Shown here in pieces: positions 13,482 through 61,237 of a DNA stretch of 64,000 bases. The position numbers were made by a program, and so were the translations under genes. This DNA comes from Octopus sinensis (Eukaryota), in the NCBI RefSeq assembly GCF_006345805.1, contig NC_042997.1, positions 66,774,001 to 66,838,000 on the forward strand. The letters run 5' to 3'. Position 1 is the stretch's first letter. Each line of letters starts with the position of its first letter. Below the pieces are notes generated by a model. The model did not search any database and was not told where the DNA came from. It saw nothing but the letters and a program-made list of their open reading frames with translations.

Positions 13482-15228
13482 AGTATAACATAATAATGTA
13501 TAATAAATGTGAATGTCGGTGTGTCACACTTTCAACTTTACTCCTAGAGGCTGTAGCCCAACATATACCATTTTGGAATCAGGCTAACTCTATGAGTAAA
13601 TTAAAAACATTCCGGGCCGAATCCAAACCCACAATCCTGAAAGTTTGGATTCCCAAGTTTTCATTACTGTGATTGTTTTTGATGATTTTTTTTTTAACAT
13701 GGCTTTTAAGCTAGTATGAAATAAGCTGTGTTTTGGAATATTAACACAATTGGCTTACCTAGACATTCTTAAATGTAATAAAGAAAAAAAATCTTATGAT
13801 TGTGATGATCATGTTGTTAGTAACATTAGTCAGCACTAACAAGTGGTTCATCAGCTTGAGTCATTGAAATTTGCAACATAATGGATTTGTATGTTTTGAC
13901 TGTTTGACACTGGAAACGGATATGTTTCTGATTCAGAAGAGAAAATTTAGTATCAATTTAATTGTTATATCTCAACATACGATAGAAAACTGTAAATTAA
14001 GTAAATAGATTATTTATTTTTTGATATCTCCATTGTTTTCTATCATTGAAATTAGTATTTAATTATTTTTTTCTGGACCTCTGTGTTAAGTAGGCTTAAA
14101 ATTTGTTTCTAGAAACTTGAATAGAGGATGGTAAGGGAAAAATATTTAGTAATAAACAAAACCAAATTTTTAAAAAGCTGTAATCTGGAAGATTATAAGG
14201 CTTCAGATCTAACCATAAATTGATTGTAATAATCTTTGAGAATAGTTTTGTTATAAATTATACTTGATTACTTTGAATATATTTTTTGAAACTTCAGAAC
14301 TGTTTAGAATTTATGTCTTTAACTTCTATATTTTCAAATAAGTAATTCTCAGATCATTCTCCTTATGTGAAAGTGAAACCACTAATTTTAAATTTTAAAT
14401 CATAAAATGGAATAATTTCATTTTAATTTTTGTATATCTGCAAATAATTACATAGTGTGGCATCCTAGAATAAGAAGGATTGACTTGTCACCACCTGTTT
14501 GTCTTTTTTGACTAAAATTAATCATTTAGATAATGATAGTTCTTATCATTAGGAGTGTAGTTATAATTTATTAAAATCTTACTACATCAAGTATGTTATT
14601 GCTCACTTTACTATTAAGTTTCCATGCAGCAAGCATCCCTGGATATTTTTTGCCAATCACTCCTTTTAAGTTATGTCACTCATAAGTTTTTTGTGGACAC
14701 TAGCCTTGCAGTTATAGGTAATAAACATGGATTTGACCAGAGTTGTCACCATTTCTACATTTCTAATTCATGAATTTTAATTAAAATTTCAAGGTTGTCG
14801 TCCTAGCACTTTTAACCAGTATTATTAGTTTAAATACTGATTATTTTAATCATAACTAAGGGTGTCATTAATGACATTTTCTGGCTCTTTACAATTTTGA
14901 GTTCAAATGTCTTTGAGGTTGACTTTGCTTTTCATCCTTTGGGGGTCAAAATATCAGTGCTATTTTAGTGTGCAGTCTATCACTATATTTATAGTCTGTT
15001 GTGAAATATCCTGATCTGCATCATGGATTGGGGTTGAATTCACTCTACAGTGTAAATGGCCAGGTTGACCACATGCTAAAGTGGCAGTGAAAAATTATCA
15101 GTTGCACACAGAGGTCAGTGTAATTGACTACTCCCACCTCTCAAAATTGTTGGCCTTGTGCAAAAATATTATTTCACTTATTTTATATGTTTAATACATG
15201 GGCTAACTTGTGTGTAGATTTTTCTATA

Positions 15229-15450
15229 TATTTCTTTACTGCCCACAAGGGGCTAAACATAGAGGGGACAAACAAGGACAGACAAATGGATTAAGTCGAT
15301 TACATCGACCCCCAATGTGAAACTGGTACTTTATTTATCGACCTCCGAAAGGATGAAAGGCAAAGTCGACCTTGGCGGAATTTGAACTCAGAATGTAACG
15401 ACAGACGAAATACAGCTACACATTTCGCCCGGTGTGCTAACGTTTCTACC
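15229..15450 (-). mobile_element. SINE family A (variant tail) with 13-bp TSD
   Basis: ggatgaaaggcaaagtcgaccttggcggaatttgaactcag; TSD agatttttctata at 15216-15228 and 15451-15463. Confidence 0.88.
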
Positions 15451-15609
15451 AGATTTTTCTATAACCAACTGCTCCTCCTGTTTCCAAGTAAGGTAATATA
15501 TCCCTTTCACTGGACTGTGTTTTCATGGAAGACTGGAAATAAATGACAGCACTGGTCTGACAATGACAGTTGCATACAACCATCATGTGATGTCAAGACA
15601 AGGAAATAA

Positions 15610-15621
15610 ACATGTACACAT

Positions 15622-15655
<34 letters not shown>

Positions 15656-15812
15656 CAGGCTTCTTTCAGTTTCTCTCTACCAAATCCACTCACAAGGCTT
15701 TGATCAACACAGGGCTATTATAGAAGGCACTTTCCCAAAGTACCATGCAATGGAACTGAATGTGAAATGATTTTGTTGGGAAGCAAACTTTTTAACCACA
15801 GTCATACATGCA
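15610..15812 (-). mobile_element. SINE family B, 5' half
   Basis: ggcttctttcagtttctctctaccaaatccactcacaaggctttg. Confidence 0.75.
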
Positions 15813-16879
15813 CTTACCATTTTTACACATAGTCAAAGCCATTGTTTCTAGAACTAGTTGTACTTCCAAGTCAGTTGTGAAATATAATTCCACCTATTTT
15901 GATCTGATATAGCTAAACATGACTTGGCATTACAGTGCTTATAGAAGTTTGATAACTTACCCACTGTCTCTAATTGTGTATTTATCAATGAAACCTTTTT
16001 TTAAACTATCTTGCTCACATGATTTGATGCTGAAAGAGTTACCTTGAAGAAGATACTGCTGAGATACCCAGATCTAGACAGAAATAAAGCATCTTAAATT
16101 CTCTAGTGGGGTATTGCAATTCTAAATTGTCTTTTAAAAAAATCACTTCTCTTTGTTTTGTTTGCACTAGAATTCTATATTAAGTAACTATTAACAAACC
16201 AAGAAGCATATGGGTAATTCCATGCTCAGAACTTTTCTCTTTTATATCAACCTCTTTCCCCATCCATTTTTAATTTTAAGTCTATTGCATACTAGAAGAG
16301 TTCCAGTGCACCCTGTGGTTGTTTTCATAAACTCATTTCTATGATTGCTTTGTTCTAGTTTTTAACTTTCAGCCTATTTATATTTAGTTATTTTACAAAT
16401 TGTGTGTGTGTGTGTACATATACACATGTTGGTGTATCTGTGCCATTGATAATTTTAAATAAAGATATTTTAATATAGTTTGCATGAAATAATTTCTGAA
16501 TTACATTTTTAAATTTCAATATTGAACTTTACCTCGTTGCTTTCCAAACGTTACCCAGCACTCACAAACACACTCCCCACCCCTGCACTCGGCAGGTCTC
16601 ACACCGGTGAACTTATTTATTTTCTGAAAATGATATCAGTTACCATGTTAATATGTTTACGTGTGTGTTTGTATATAAATGCATATATATATTTGTATGC
16701 ATGTGTGTCTTGATCTCCTGCTAGTTCCTTCCATTTGGATTACTTGATACTGGCGTACTCTATTGTTTTACTCATCAAATGTTCATATCAGCTCATCCTG
16801 GACCTAGACTTTGCTTCCACATTTAGAATTTCTGCTAATTCTTTAAAAATTTCAGTTATGAAAACTAGCTCATAAGCAA

Positions 16880-17760
16880 AGTGGAATTCCCATCTACAGC
16901 TGTTTTAACCTGGTGAATTATAAATAGGACAGGCTTTAAGAAAAGAGCTTTGATGGACACTTAGCTGTATGCTTATTCTTTTGCTAAACTCATTGCCAAC
17001 AGCATTTCTGTATATGGTTTATATGACTTGCGCACACCATTCATGTATACCTTGTTTTCTTAATCTCTACCCACCAACCAGATTACAATGCATGATACCC
17101 TATCAAAGGCTTTTCCAGATCGACAAACAGTAGGCATAATAGTTTGCTTTTTGCTAAAAACTTCTGTAGTTTTATCATTTGAAAGAAGGTATCGGTGATT
17201 CCTTGTCATGGGACAGATCTGAGCTGCATATCATGTGGGCCAACTTCTTAACTAGTTGTATTATTACTCTTAGTTGTTTTTTGAAATAACTAAGCTATAA
17301 CTAGATAAACCAAGTTATAACTTGGTCTATCAGTCTTAATATCACTGTAATTACTTTTTTTGAGAGAATTTTCTTTGCACCTGTAGCAGTTGATGAATGA
17401 TATTGCTATGCTAGTCCTGTACTACCTCTTGACTAAGTAGTGCATTTTCTACTTGGCCAACTATTTTCAACATCTTGACACCTATCCTGATGATCTGTCT
17501 GCTTTCCTTGCTTTCCTAATCTTAATGGTCTTTTTAACCATATAGCTGTCAATTTCAATAGCTGGTCTCCTCTTCACTCACTCTTTCCTAAGTATTCTCC
17601 TCAGCAACTTCTATTAACAGTATTTATATAGTTCATTCATCTTAGTGTCAATGATGCTGAGCCCATTGCTGTTTTTACATATATATTCCACTCCCCCATT
17701 CCTTCAACATTTTGATTTATACTGACATACTGCTTTGCAATTGGGAACACCTAATGTTAC
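16880..17760 (-). mobile_element. Decayed non-LTR retrotransposon RT fragment
   Basis: The reverse complement of 17100-17135 reads LLFVDLEKAFD, preceded by a remnant of the FVP.G.TD motif. Confidence 0.65.
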
Positions 17761-17941
17761 AGACATTGATATCTCTGATACAAACATTTATATATGCTTT
17801 GAACAGTGGTTACCAGATAGTATACTATAGGGTATAGTTAAGTGCACCATGAAAATATAACTGAAACACTAAATTCATTTAAATTGTGTGTGTATGTATG
17901 TGTGTGTGTGTGTGTATATATATATATAAACACAAATGGTA

Positions 17942-18040
17942 TTTAAAATTTACAACAGCTGTTTCAGTAGTATTTTATTTATGCATTTGTAGAAGATTAC
18001 ATCATAACACATGAGCCACTATCATCAGGTAAAACTTTAT
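17942..18040 (-). ncRNA. Minimal type-I hammerhead ribozyme motif, antisense copy
   Basis: Minus strand: aaagttttac-CTGATGA-t-AGTGG...CTACT-GAAAC-AGCT-GTT-gtaaatttt; stem I gtaaa/tttac and a 5-bp stem II. Confidence 0.6.
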
Positions 18041-18165
18041 AGAGGTAAGATTTCAAACAATCAGATTACTTACATTGATTTGGATAAATCCAATGTCAGT
18101 TGGATCAGTCCTGATTGATGGACTGACATTGGGTTTGTCCAGATCGATGTAAGAAATCTCACCTG

Positions 18166-18262
18166 TTTAAAATTTTATCTGATGATGGTGAATAATGTTA
18201 TGCTGTAATCTTCTATAACTGCATAAATAAAATTCTACTGAAACAGCTGTCGTTACCTTAAA
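18166..18262 (+). ncRNA. Minimal type-I hammerhead ribozyme motif, sense to KHC, stem I degenerate
   Basis: CTGATGA 18179-18185; stem II GGT-GAAT/ATTC-T-ACT; GAAAC-AGCT-GTC 18240-18251 with palindromic stem III and a GUC triplet. Confidence 0.6.
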
Positions 18263-18489
18263 TACCATTTGTGGTTACTTTTTATACCTATACTACATCA
18301 AGAAGCGACTCCAGAGTCAGATCTATGGTTTAAATTGGATTTGGGTTAGGGTCAGCAATATCCTACCAACACTCAAGTGTCTTCTGTGTTGTTTACCTCA
18401 CTGTGAGCTGTGTTATCATACCTAGCCATTTCTGACATTCTGTGTGTTGGTGTGCTTAGATTCTAATGAATCGTTATAAGTAGATCATA

Positions 18490-18881
18490 TTCTTTTATTT
18501 GTTTCAGTCATTTGACTGCAGCCATGCTGGAGCACTGCCTTCAGTCAAACAAATTGACCTCAAGACTTATTCTTTGTAAGCCTAGTACTTATTTGATTGG
18601 TCTCTTTTGCCAAACCACTAAGTTACAGGGACATAAACACACTAACATCAGTTATCAAGCAATGGTGGGGGGGGGGGCAAACACAGACACATCAACACAC
18701 ACACACACACATATATATATAAAACAAGCTTCTTTCAATTTCTGTTTACCAAATCCACTCGCAAGGCATTGGTTGGCCTGAGGCTATAGTAGACACTAGC
18801 TCAAGGTGCCACACAGTGGGACTTAATCCGGAACCATATGATTGGTAAGCAAGCTACTTATCACACAGCCACTCCTGCGCC
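18490..18881 (-). mobile_element. SINE family B
   Basis: gtttcagtcatttgactgcagccatgctggagcac ... cacacagccactcctgcgcct. Confidence 0.85.
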
Positions 18882-20334
18882 TCTCTGTTGCTATAGTATT
18901 ACATTTCAAAATGCAAATTGCTTCAGAATTATGATAAATTTATCCTTTAATTATCTTTTCTGTGGCATAGATGTCATAGTGAGAATATGTTATATGGAAG
19001 TCAGTCATGACAGATCCTAAAAAGTTTATTTTAAATAAAAATAATATAGCCACTTAATTTTCAGACTGTATTCAGAAATATACATACATTATAGTTTGTA
19101 TTTTGTCAGCAATTTCAAAAGAACATCTAAGCTGTTGCAGATCACATTTTTATGACAATAATGATTTAAATGAAATTTGCTTATAAACTGCAACAACTTC
19201 TCTTTCTCTGTCCAACTGTCTGTGTCTCTCTCATAAACTGAAAGTGAGTGCTATTATGAAGAAAAGAGAATGCTATTAGTACTTGTTGGTTGTTAAGACA
19301 TTGATATAAGATATATCAGATTAAAATAAATCTGAAATAAGATCTGATATGAGTCTAGGACATTTATCCTCCATGGACAATTACCCCTGAGGACTACAGA
19401 TGATGATTTAAAACTTCTTAAGATATATCACTACAAATCTAAAACTTTGACATTGTGTAAGTGTAAAAATAGTTAAACTATATATGAATGACAACATTGT
19501 GAATGTCTTATTTATTCAACTAGATTGTCTCTCTCAAGAAAATAGTCATGATCATTAGTTTTAGTTTATTGTTTGTGTGTAAATGTATAAACAAGAATAG
19601 CTGGAATGGTGTTCCCCATAGCTCTAAGATTTTAATTGTGCTGGTCCAGTAATATATAATGTTTGGAGTCAATTTAATGAATTATTCAAATCACCAAATT
19701 ACTTTCATGCTTTATTTAGAAATTGTAATAATTATTTAGTACAATAGATTTATGAGCTATTTTTCCCCTGACTGTTTTACAGTCTGCCTTTCTACAGATG
19801 TATGGACATAATGATTTTGTTAGGGTAATTGCTTAGCCATGAAATGTCATTCTGACAGACTTACTCATGCAAGCCATTTTTTCCCCCATTTTTTTTTCTA
19901 CTTTAACAGTGATTCAACACAGTGATTGTGTAATAAAGTTTGAAGTCATGACTAGTCTAGAATGAGTTTTAATTCGTAATTATAAAACATGAACATTATA
20001 TTTTATGAAAACTATGCTAAGTTTATAAAAAAAAATTAATTCACTATTGGCATTAAAACTAGTTTAGCAACTGTTAGAAATATGTCTTATCTGTTCTTGT
20101 ATCACTTATCTTCTTAGCAATATTAAAATTTAAGATTTTAGTTTTTATGGAAACTACATAATGTTAGATAATCTAACATTCACGTAGCAACAGTGAATCA
20201 TGGAGCTGCTACTTACATTACATAGCAGTTTGTAAATACTTATATTTAGTATTAAATAGGTGAGAAACAAATTTCTAGGATATTCTGCTAGTTTATTTAT
20301 ATTAACAAAAATCTCTGAACAATTATCTTGATAT

Positions 20335-20636
20335 AGGCACAGGTGTGACTGTGTGGTAAGAAGCTTACTTCCCAACCACATGGTTTGGGGTTCAGTCCTA
20401 CTGTGTGGCACCTTGGGCAAGTGTTTTCTACTATACCTTTGGGTCCACCAAAGCCTTGTGAATGGATTTGGTAGATGGAAAGTGAAAGAAGCCCATCATA
20501 TATACATATATGTGTGTGTGTCTTTGTGTCTGTATTTGTCCCTCACCACTGCTTGACAACTGGTGCTGGTGTATTTATGTCCTCCATAACTTAGCAATTT
20601 GGCAAAAGAGCCCAGTAGAATAAGGCTTTAAAAAAA
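20335..20636 (+). mobile_element. SINE family B
   Basis: ggcacaggtgtgactgtgtggtaagaagc..gggttcagtcctactg..ggatttggtagatggaa. Confidence 0.85.
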
Positions 20637-22384
20637 ATTAATCCTGAGGTTTTTGTTTGATTTAATAAAAAAAACCTTCCAATAAGTAAAATGGCTCTAA
20701 AAGAATATATGATGCAATGACTAAATATGCTGTTAGATACACTTTTTTTCTTGTTCATTAAGAACAGGTTATTACTTGTAACTAATGAGAATTTCTTACT
20801 CTCTAGTAAGACATATGTCATTACTTATATGTCTAGTGGGGGTTTCTTCCTGTTTTAATAAGTTTCCTTGTTTCATAATTGTTATACCTTGCCATCCCCC
20901 TCACTCCATAAACTATTGCGAGGTGTGTCTAATAAATGAATACAGTCCATAAAACACATAAGAACATGGTTCTAATTATTTTTACTTTTTAAAGAATGCT
21001 TTTTTTCTATCTCTTGCACTTATTATATGCTAACTCTTTTGTTCTTTCTTTGTTTTCTTTCTAGTTTATTGATAATCCATCAGTTTTAAGTGTGTGTGTT
21101 TGTTTGTGTGTGTGTGTGTGTGTGTCTCATGTTACAGGTGGTGCAGAAACTAGCTTCACCAAGATCATTGATGATCATTTGGTTTCTGCACATTGTAAAA
21201 GATTGAATGTTTTACAGTAGCTTACCTCTCACCACCTTATTCATCATCTGTAATCTTATGACAGTCAGTGAAAATGCTAATTAAGAAAGAATATGCTTGA
21301 ATCTTTTAAATACAAGCATTTTATTAACCTAGAATGAATGTTCCATTTTTCTTCTGATCAGATGGTAGTACACATGACCTTTTACAGCACCTCCAAGATA
21401 GGTGTGGGATGTGGTGGAGGGGAAGATATCCTTAAACTGGAGACCTGGTCTGAAGGCTTGTCATAGAATAGGCTCTGCTAAAGGCATCTAAGGTGCAGGT
21501 GATGAATTAAGTAGGCAATGGTGGGTTTTAAATTCAGAACATAAGGATTTGGAATAAATATTGCAAGGTATCTGGTCTGATATTCTTGCAGTTCCTCTAA
21601 TTCACCATCCTGGATTGGTAGCTTTGGGGATTTTTTATTGCCCCCACTCCCACCCCCCTCTCGAAGGGTGACTGCAGAGTCGACCTTGGTGGGATTTGAA
21701 CTCAGAGTTCAGAGACACAGACCAAATACCATGAGGCATTCTATCTAATGCCCTAATAACATTGCTAATTCACTGCCTATTTAAGCAATAGCACAAATCC
21801 AGAGCAATGTTTGCAAGCTGCATCTGAAAGACCTCTGTTATGAAGCATTTTATTTGAGACTCTTTCTGCTCTCACTCTTTCATAAAAAGTATCGCAGTCT
21901 CAGGCGACATTCTATCTATATAAATCAGTGCAGCTACTACCTTCAGAATGCTACACACCCATATGGAACAACAACAAAATTTTGACACAAATATAAAGTC
22001 TGTTTGGCTTTCTTTGTGTGCAGGTATTCTCTATTCAGACATGTCTCAAAAATTATGACCATTAGCCTATTCTGTCCACCACTTGTGCTGAGTATGACAG
22101 GCTCTCTGTGTGTTAATGTGTAATGGATGTCTTTCAAAGAGTATATTCTAGTGGCATAACAGTTATTAGTACTAAAAACAATACTACTGTGATGTCCTAA
22201 AGTGCATTCTCAATAGTGAGAATTTACAGAAAAACAAAACATGAAAACAAGTGTGTAAACAACAAACAGATGTATTAGTTTAATGCTTGGGAAGTGAGAA
22301 AGTCTTTTCTGTTTCAAGCCTACATTCTTCGACAGAAAATAACACAGAAATAAACAGGGAGAGAAAATAGGAAAAGGCTTAGTG

Positions 22385-23760
22385 GCTAGCAATCTATCAT
22401 GTCGAATGCCAGACAGAGGGGTCACTCAGGAAAGCTAGGAAGAAGGGGAGATAATAAAGTAGTGGTGATCCCAAAATTAAGGTGCACGTGCGTGTGGAAG
22501 GGGGCTGGTGACATTGACTTGTGCGTGTGTGCATTTGTAGGTATGTGGATGATGGTGTAGGTGCTAGGAAGTGGTCAGTGCTTGTGTGGGTGCTGGGAAG
22601 TAGTCAGTGCTACTGTGTGCAGTGTGGTGTGGAGGAAGCAAGAGTGGGATCTAAGGGATGGGATGTATAGGGATGATAGGGTTGGAATATGTAGGGGTGG
22701 GGTAACAAGGGAGAAGGTGGGTAGGAGTGAAGAGAGGAAATAGGTGCCAGAGCAAGAGAGGAGAGGTGGGTGGGAGGAGGAGAGAGAAGGAGGATTAGAT
22801 GAAGAGGGGAGGAGAGTTGAGCCCATGTGGAACAAAGGAGCGAAGAGAGAAGATTAATCCCTGTTCATGCAAAGACGGCAGTCCGGATGGCTCCTGTGCA
22901 AGGACAATCCAAATACAGACAGGTGTTGTAAAGAGTGACCGGTAGAGCAGAAATGGTACAAGACCGGGGTGTCGTTGCTGAGTCAGATGTCTCGGAGGTG
23001 TTCCGCAAACTGGTCAGCCAAGCAGTGTCCTGTTTAACCGATGTATAGCAAAGGACAGTCAGAGCAGGAGATGCATTAGATGACATTGCTAGAAGTGCAG
23101 GTGAAGGAGTCAGTGATATGATAGGGTCGATGATGGGTGCCTGTGAGGAGGGTAGTGTTGGAGAAGTAAGGGCAAGTGCAGTAGCGTGGGTGGGAGCAAG
23201 GGAACGAGCTGGGTTGGGAGATTGGGTGAGGGAAGAAGCTGTCGACCAAGAGGTCTCGTAGGTTGTAGGCTCGTTCGAAGGAGGAGAGGCGTGGTTAGGA
23301 AAGACGTGTGAAGTGGAGGGGTTGGACTGGAGTCACTGGAAGGCTCGGAAAATGGTGCATTAGAGAAGTGGGGTGGTAGGTGAGGGGAAATGGGAGCCGG
23401 GTGAGTGGGGAGAGAGCAGATGCACAGTCCACGGAATGTGCTCTGGCAAAGGCGGAGGGGATATCCATGTAGGATGAAGTGGCAAGCCATAAGTTGAGAC
23501 TGATTCCCAAAGTCATGGTTGTCACTGCAGAGCCTGTGTAGACAGAGGAATTGGGAATAGGTGATGGAGAGCTTGGTGTGTTTAGGGTGGGAGAAAGAGA
23601 AATTGAGGTATGAGTGTGAGTCTGTGTTTGTAGTGGATGGAGGGGAGGCGACTGAGGTGTTGGAAATAGTGCAGAAGTGGAGAACATGTTTGGCATCAAT
23701 CAAAAAACCAAAGTGAATACAAATTTGGAGAGAGAATCTTGAACGTTCAGGCATGGGTTA
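22385..23760 (-). mobile_element. Decayed Penelope-like element (RT thumb plus GIY-YIG endonuclease) with a pyrimidine-rich 3' region and terminal hammerhead relic
   Basis: TDSHSYLNFSFSHPKHTKLSITYSQFLCLHRLCSD (PLE RT C-terminus); FTCTSSNVI*CISCSDCPLLYIG*TGHCLADQFAEHLRDI (GIY-YIG, 22905-23107, with stops). Confidence 0.85.
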
Positions 23761-23939
23761 TAGAGTTATACTCATTTACTTATTGAAATGTGACAATTGC
23801 ATAAATGTAAAAAAACCATATTGGTTACAAGGGAACTATATATATTATGTATGTATATATTCACTCTTATGTCAGTTTTTCCATACAAGCATATATTAGG
23901 TCAATATATTATTGAAGCAATGTTTTACCTCTAAATTCT

Positions 23940-24161
23940 TTAACTCTTTAGCATTCAGATTACTTTGTCAAAATGTAATGCTTAATTATTTATATAGATT
24001 TGAATCACTCATATTATCTTGTAGCTCTGAGATTTCAATGATATGGCTATATTTTTAGAATGACATTTGAGAAGCCGGATCTGGTCGGTTTGGACGGTTT
24101 GGACATAAAACAGGCAGACTATTTTGGCTAGATATGGCTGGTGTAAATTTTAAAAGGCTAA
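23940..24161. mobile_element. TTAA MITE family 2 copy
   Basis: ttaactctttagcattcagatta ... gatatggctgg. Confidence 0.75.
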
Positions 24162-24165
24162 TAAG

Positions 24166-24476
24166 CAGTGGTTCTCAGTTGGAGTCCATATAAGATTTTT
24201 GTGGGTCCATGCAACAAAATAGTAAATTGGGGATCCACAATAGTACTTTATGGGCACCCAAAAGAAATTTGCTTTAGATGTATGTATTGGTATTTATGGC
24301 AAGAAACAACTAGGCTACTTTCTCTAACTGTTTACATAGTAAACCAATAGGAATTTTTAAAGAAGTCTCTGTAAAACTAGTTTTTAAACATCGAATGGCT
24401 ATGGATAGGGGGATCCACCAGAATAAAATAGCAATCAAAGAGGTCCATAGATAAAAACTGTTTGAGAACTCCTATG
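24166..24476. mobile_element. hAT-like MITE relic
   Basis: CAGTGGTTCTCA left end, degenerate TTGAGAAC right end, internal ggggatccac repeats. Confidence 0.45.
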
Positions 24477-24859
24477 CTAAGGAAATGAAATAGAAAGAAG
24501 AATGGTTGTTTTCTGCTGTATTGCTGCTGAACAATGTATATTGACTGGTCTTGGTGTTCTCAGCTAAATTGTCTCTCAACTTACTTGTAAAGAACAAACA
24601 AATCCCACTCAAATTACATGCTACTATCAACACCTTTCAACATAAATATGTTTGATTGAGGTCGACCTGATTTAAATAACTCTCAAATTCTTTGAACCAA
24701 CAAAAAAAAAAGAAAGACCTGTGCCATTGCTTGACCTGCTAGATATATTAACCAAATTTTCCAAAAAATTACACTGTCATCGTAATATGGCAGGGTGTAA
24801 AGAACACATCAAAGTTAAATATTACACAAACTAGAAAATTATTCAGAGGGCAGGCTCTT

Positions 24860-24863
24860 TATA

Positions 24864-24910
<47 letters not shown>
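24860..24910. repeat. (TA)n microsatellite
   Basis: Direct reading. Confidence 0.95.
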
Positions 24911-24914
<4 letters not shown>

Positions 24915-25360
24915 CAATTGTTACTCTATGTAAAAATTGGTTTGTAGCCATCAGAAAATGGATTTAAACCTGAATAGAGGAAGAAAGAAAAGAATGAGTA
25001 AAAGTGTATGTGTGTGTGCGGAAATTGATATGCAGATATTAAATTTATAATCACAAAATTTGTTTTAATGGTAGTTAAAGAAGGCAAATTTGGTCTCCAT
25101 AGTTTAGCATAATTTGAAGTTTCTGGCATTAAAAGTGATATCTAGAAAAGGGAGCATGTGTACTTCTTTTCATACAATAGATTATTGCCATTTATTTTCA
25201 TTGAGATGGTGACCATGCTGGATCTGAACTTGGAACTATATTGTGCCACCTATAAAGTAGGGAATTCTTAATTTTGTACTTCATGTTTACTGAACATAGC
25301 AAATGAGAGAATAGCAAAGGTTTTTTTTAAATGCCTGCTGTTACTCTGTATTTGTATATT

Positions 25361-25567
25361 CTAACCCTTTAGCATTCATTCATATTATTCTCTCTGTCAA
25401 ATATAATGCTTATTTATACAAATTGTTTTAAATTAATCATGCATTATTGTGTAGCTTTGAGATTTTTTGTGATTGTATATTTTTAAAATAAGGCTGTAAA
25501 GGCTAAATCAATCAGTTTGAACATAAAAACAGGTAGAATATTTGGGTTGGATATTGCTAAAGAGTTA
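25361..25567. mobile_element. TTAA MITE family 2 copy
   Basis: aaccctttagcattc ... gctaaagagttaa. Confidence 0.75.
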
Positions 25568-25881
25568 AAGAGCCCTATCATGAGTAACTTAACTTCATAA
25601 GCTCTAGAGTGGTATTTATTATCCTTGTTAGCTCTAAGTTTGTCAGATTACTGACTTTAAAGAAGACAGAATTAATTTGGATATTGGTGAATATTATTTA
25701 AATTCTTTTGAGTTGTTTTGAGATTGTAATCCTCTAATATTTATTTGAAATGATTTGTAATACCTTTAGTACCTTAACTAAAAACTAAATAAATTCAGTC
25801 ATGACTGCCCATTTGTATTTAAAACTGTGAAATAAAGTTATTCATTGGAAACTAATTTTTTGTATTTTTCTTCTTTTGTAG

Positions 25882-60769
<34,888 letters not shown>

Positions 60770-61237
60770 GTAAGTATTTATTTCATGATTTTCCATATGT
60801 ATTTGACATTAGGACTACTAAATTTCATGAATTTCCATTTTAGTTGGATTATGGTAAATTGGACAATTTTGTGACCCCAGTTGAGAAATATTGGTTTATA
60901 TTCAATGACATCAGTTCTGATGTATGTTGTTATTGTTACAGCTACGCTTTTTATGGTTTATATGTTAAACCATTCATATATTAGATCAGAGTTTCAACAA
61001 CACACAGATGTGTTTATCTACTAAACTAGCGAAATATTTTGGCAACACTGCTTAACAATAATGATAATGTTTAAATCATCATCATCATCGTTTAGCGTCC
61101 GTTTTCCATGCTAGCATGGGTTGGACGGGTCAACTGGGGTCTGTGAAGCTGGAAGGCTTCGTCAGGCCCAGTCAGATCTGGCAGTGTTTCTACGGCTGGA
61201 TGCCCTTCCTAACGCCAACCACTCCACGAGTGTAGTG

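Larger units (their letters stand above)
17931..18273. repeat. 343-bp fold-back (inverted duplication) next to a TG/TA microsatellite
   Basis: Left arm cacaaatggtatttaa..acagctgtttcagtag..cttacattgatttggataaatccaatgtcagt aligns with the reverse complement of the right arm up to a centre at about 18109. Confidence 0.93.
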
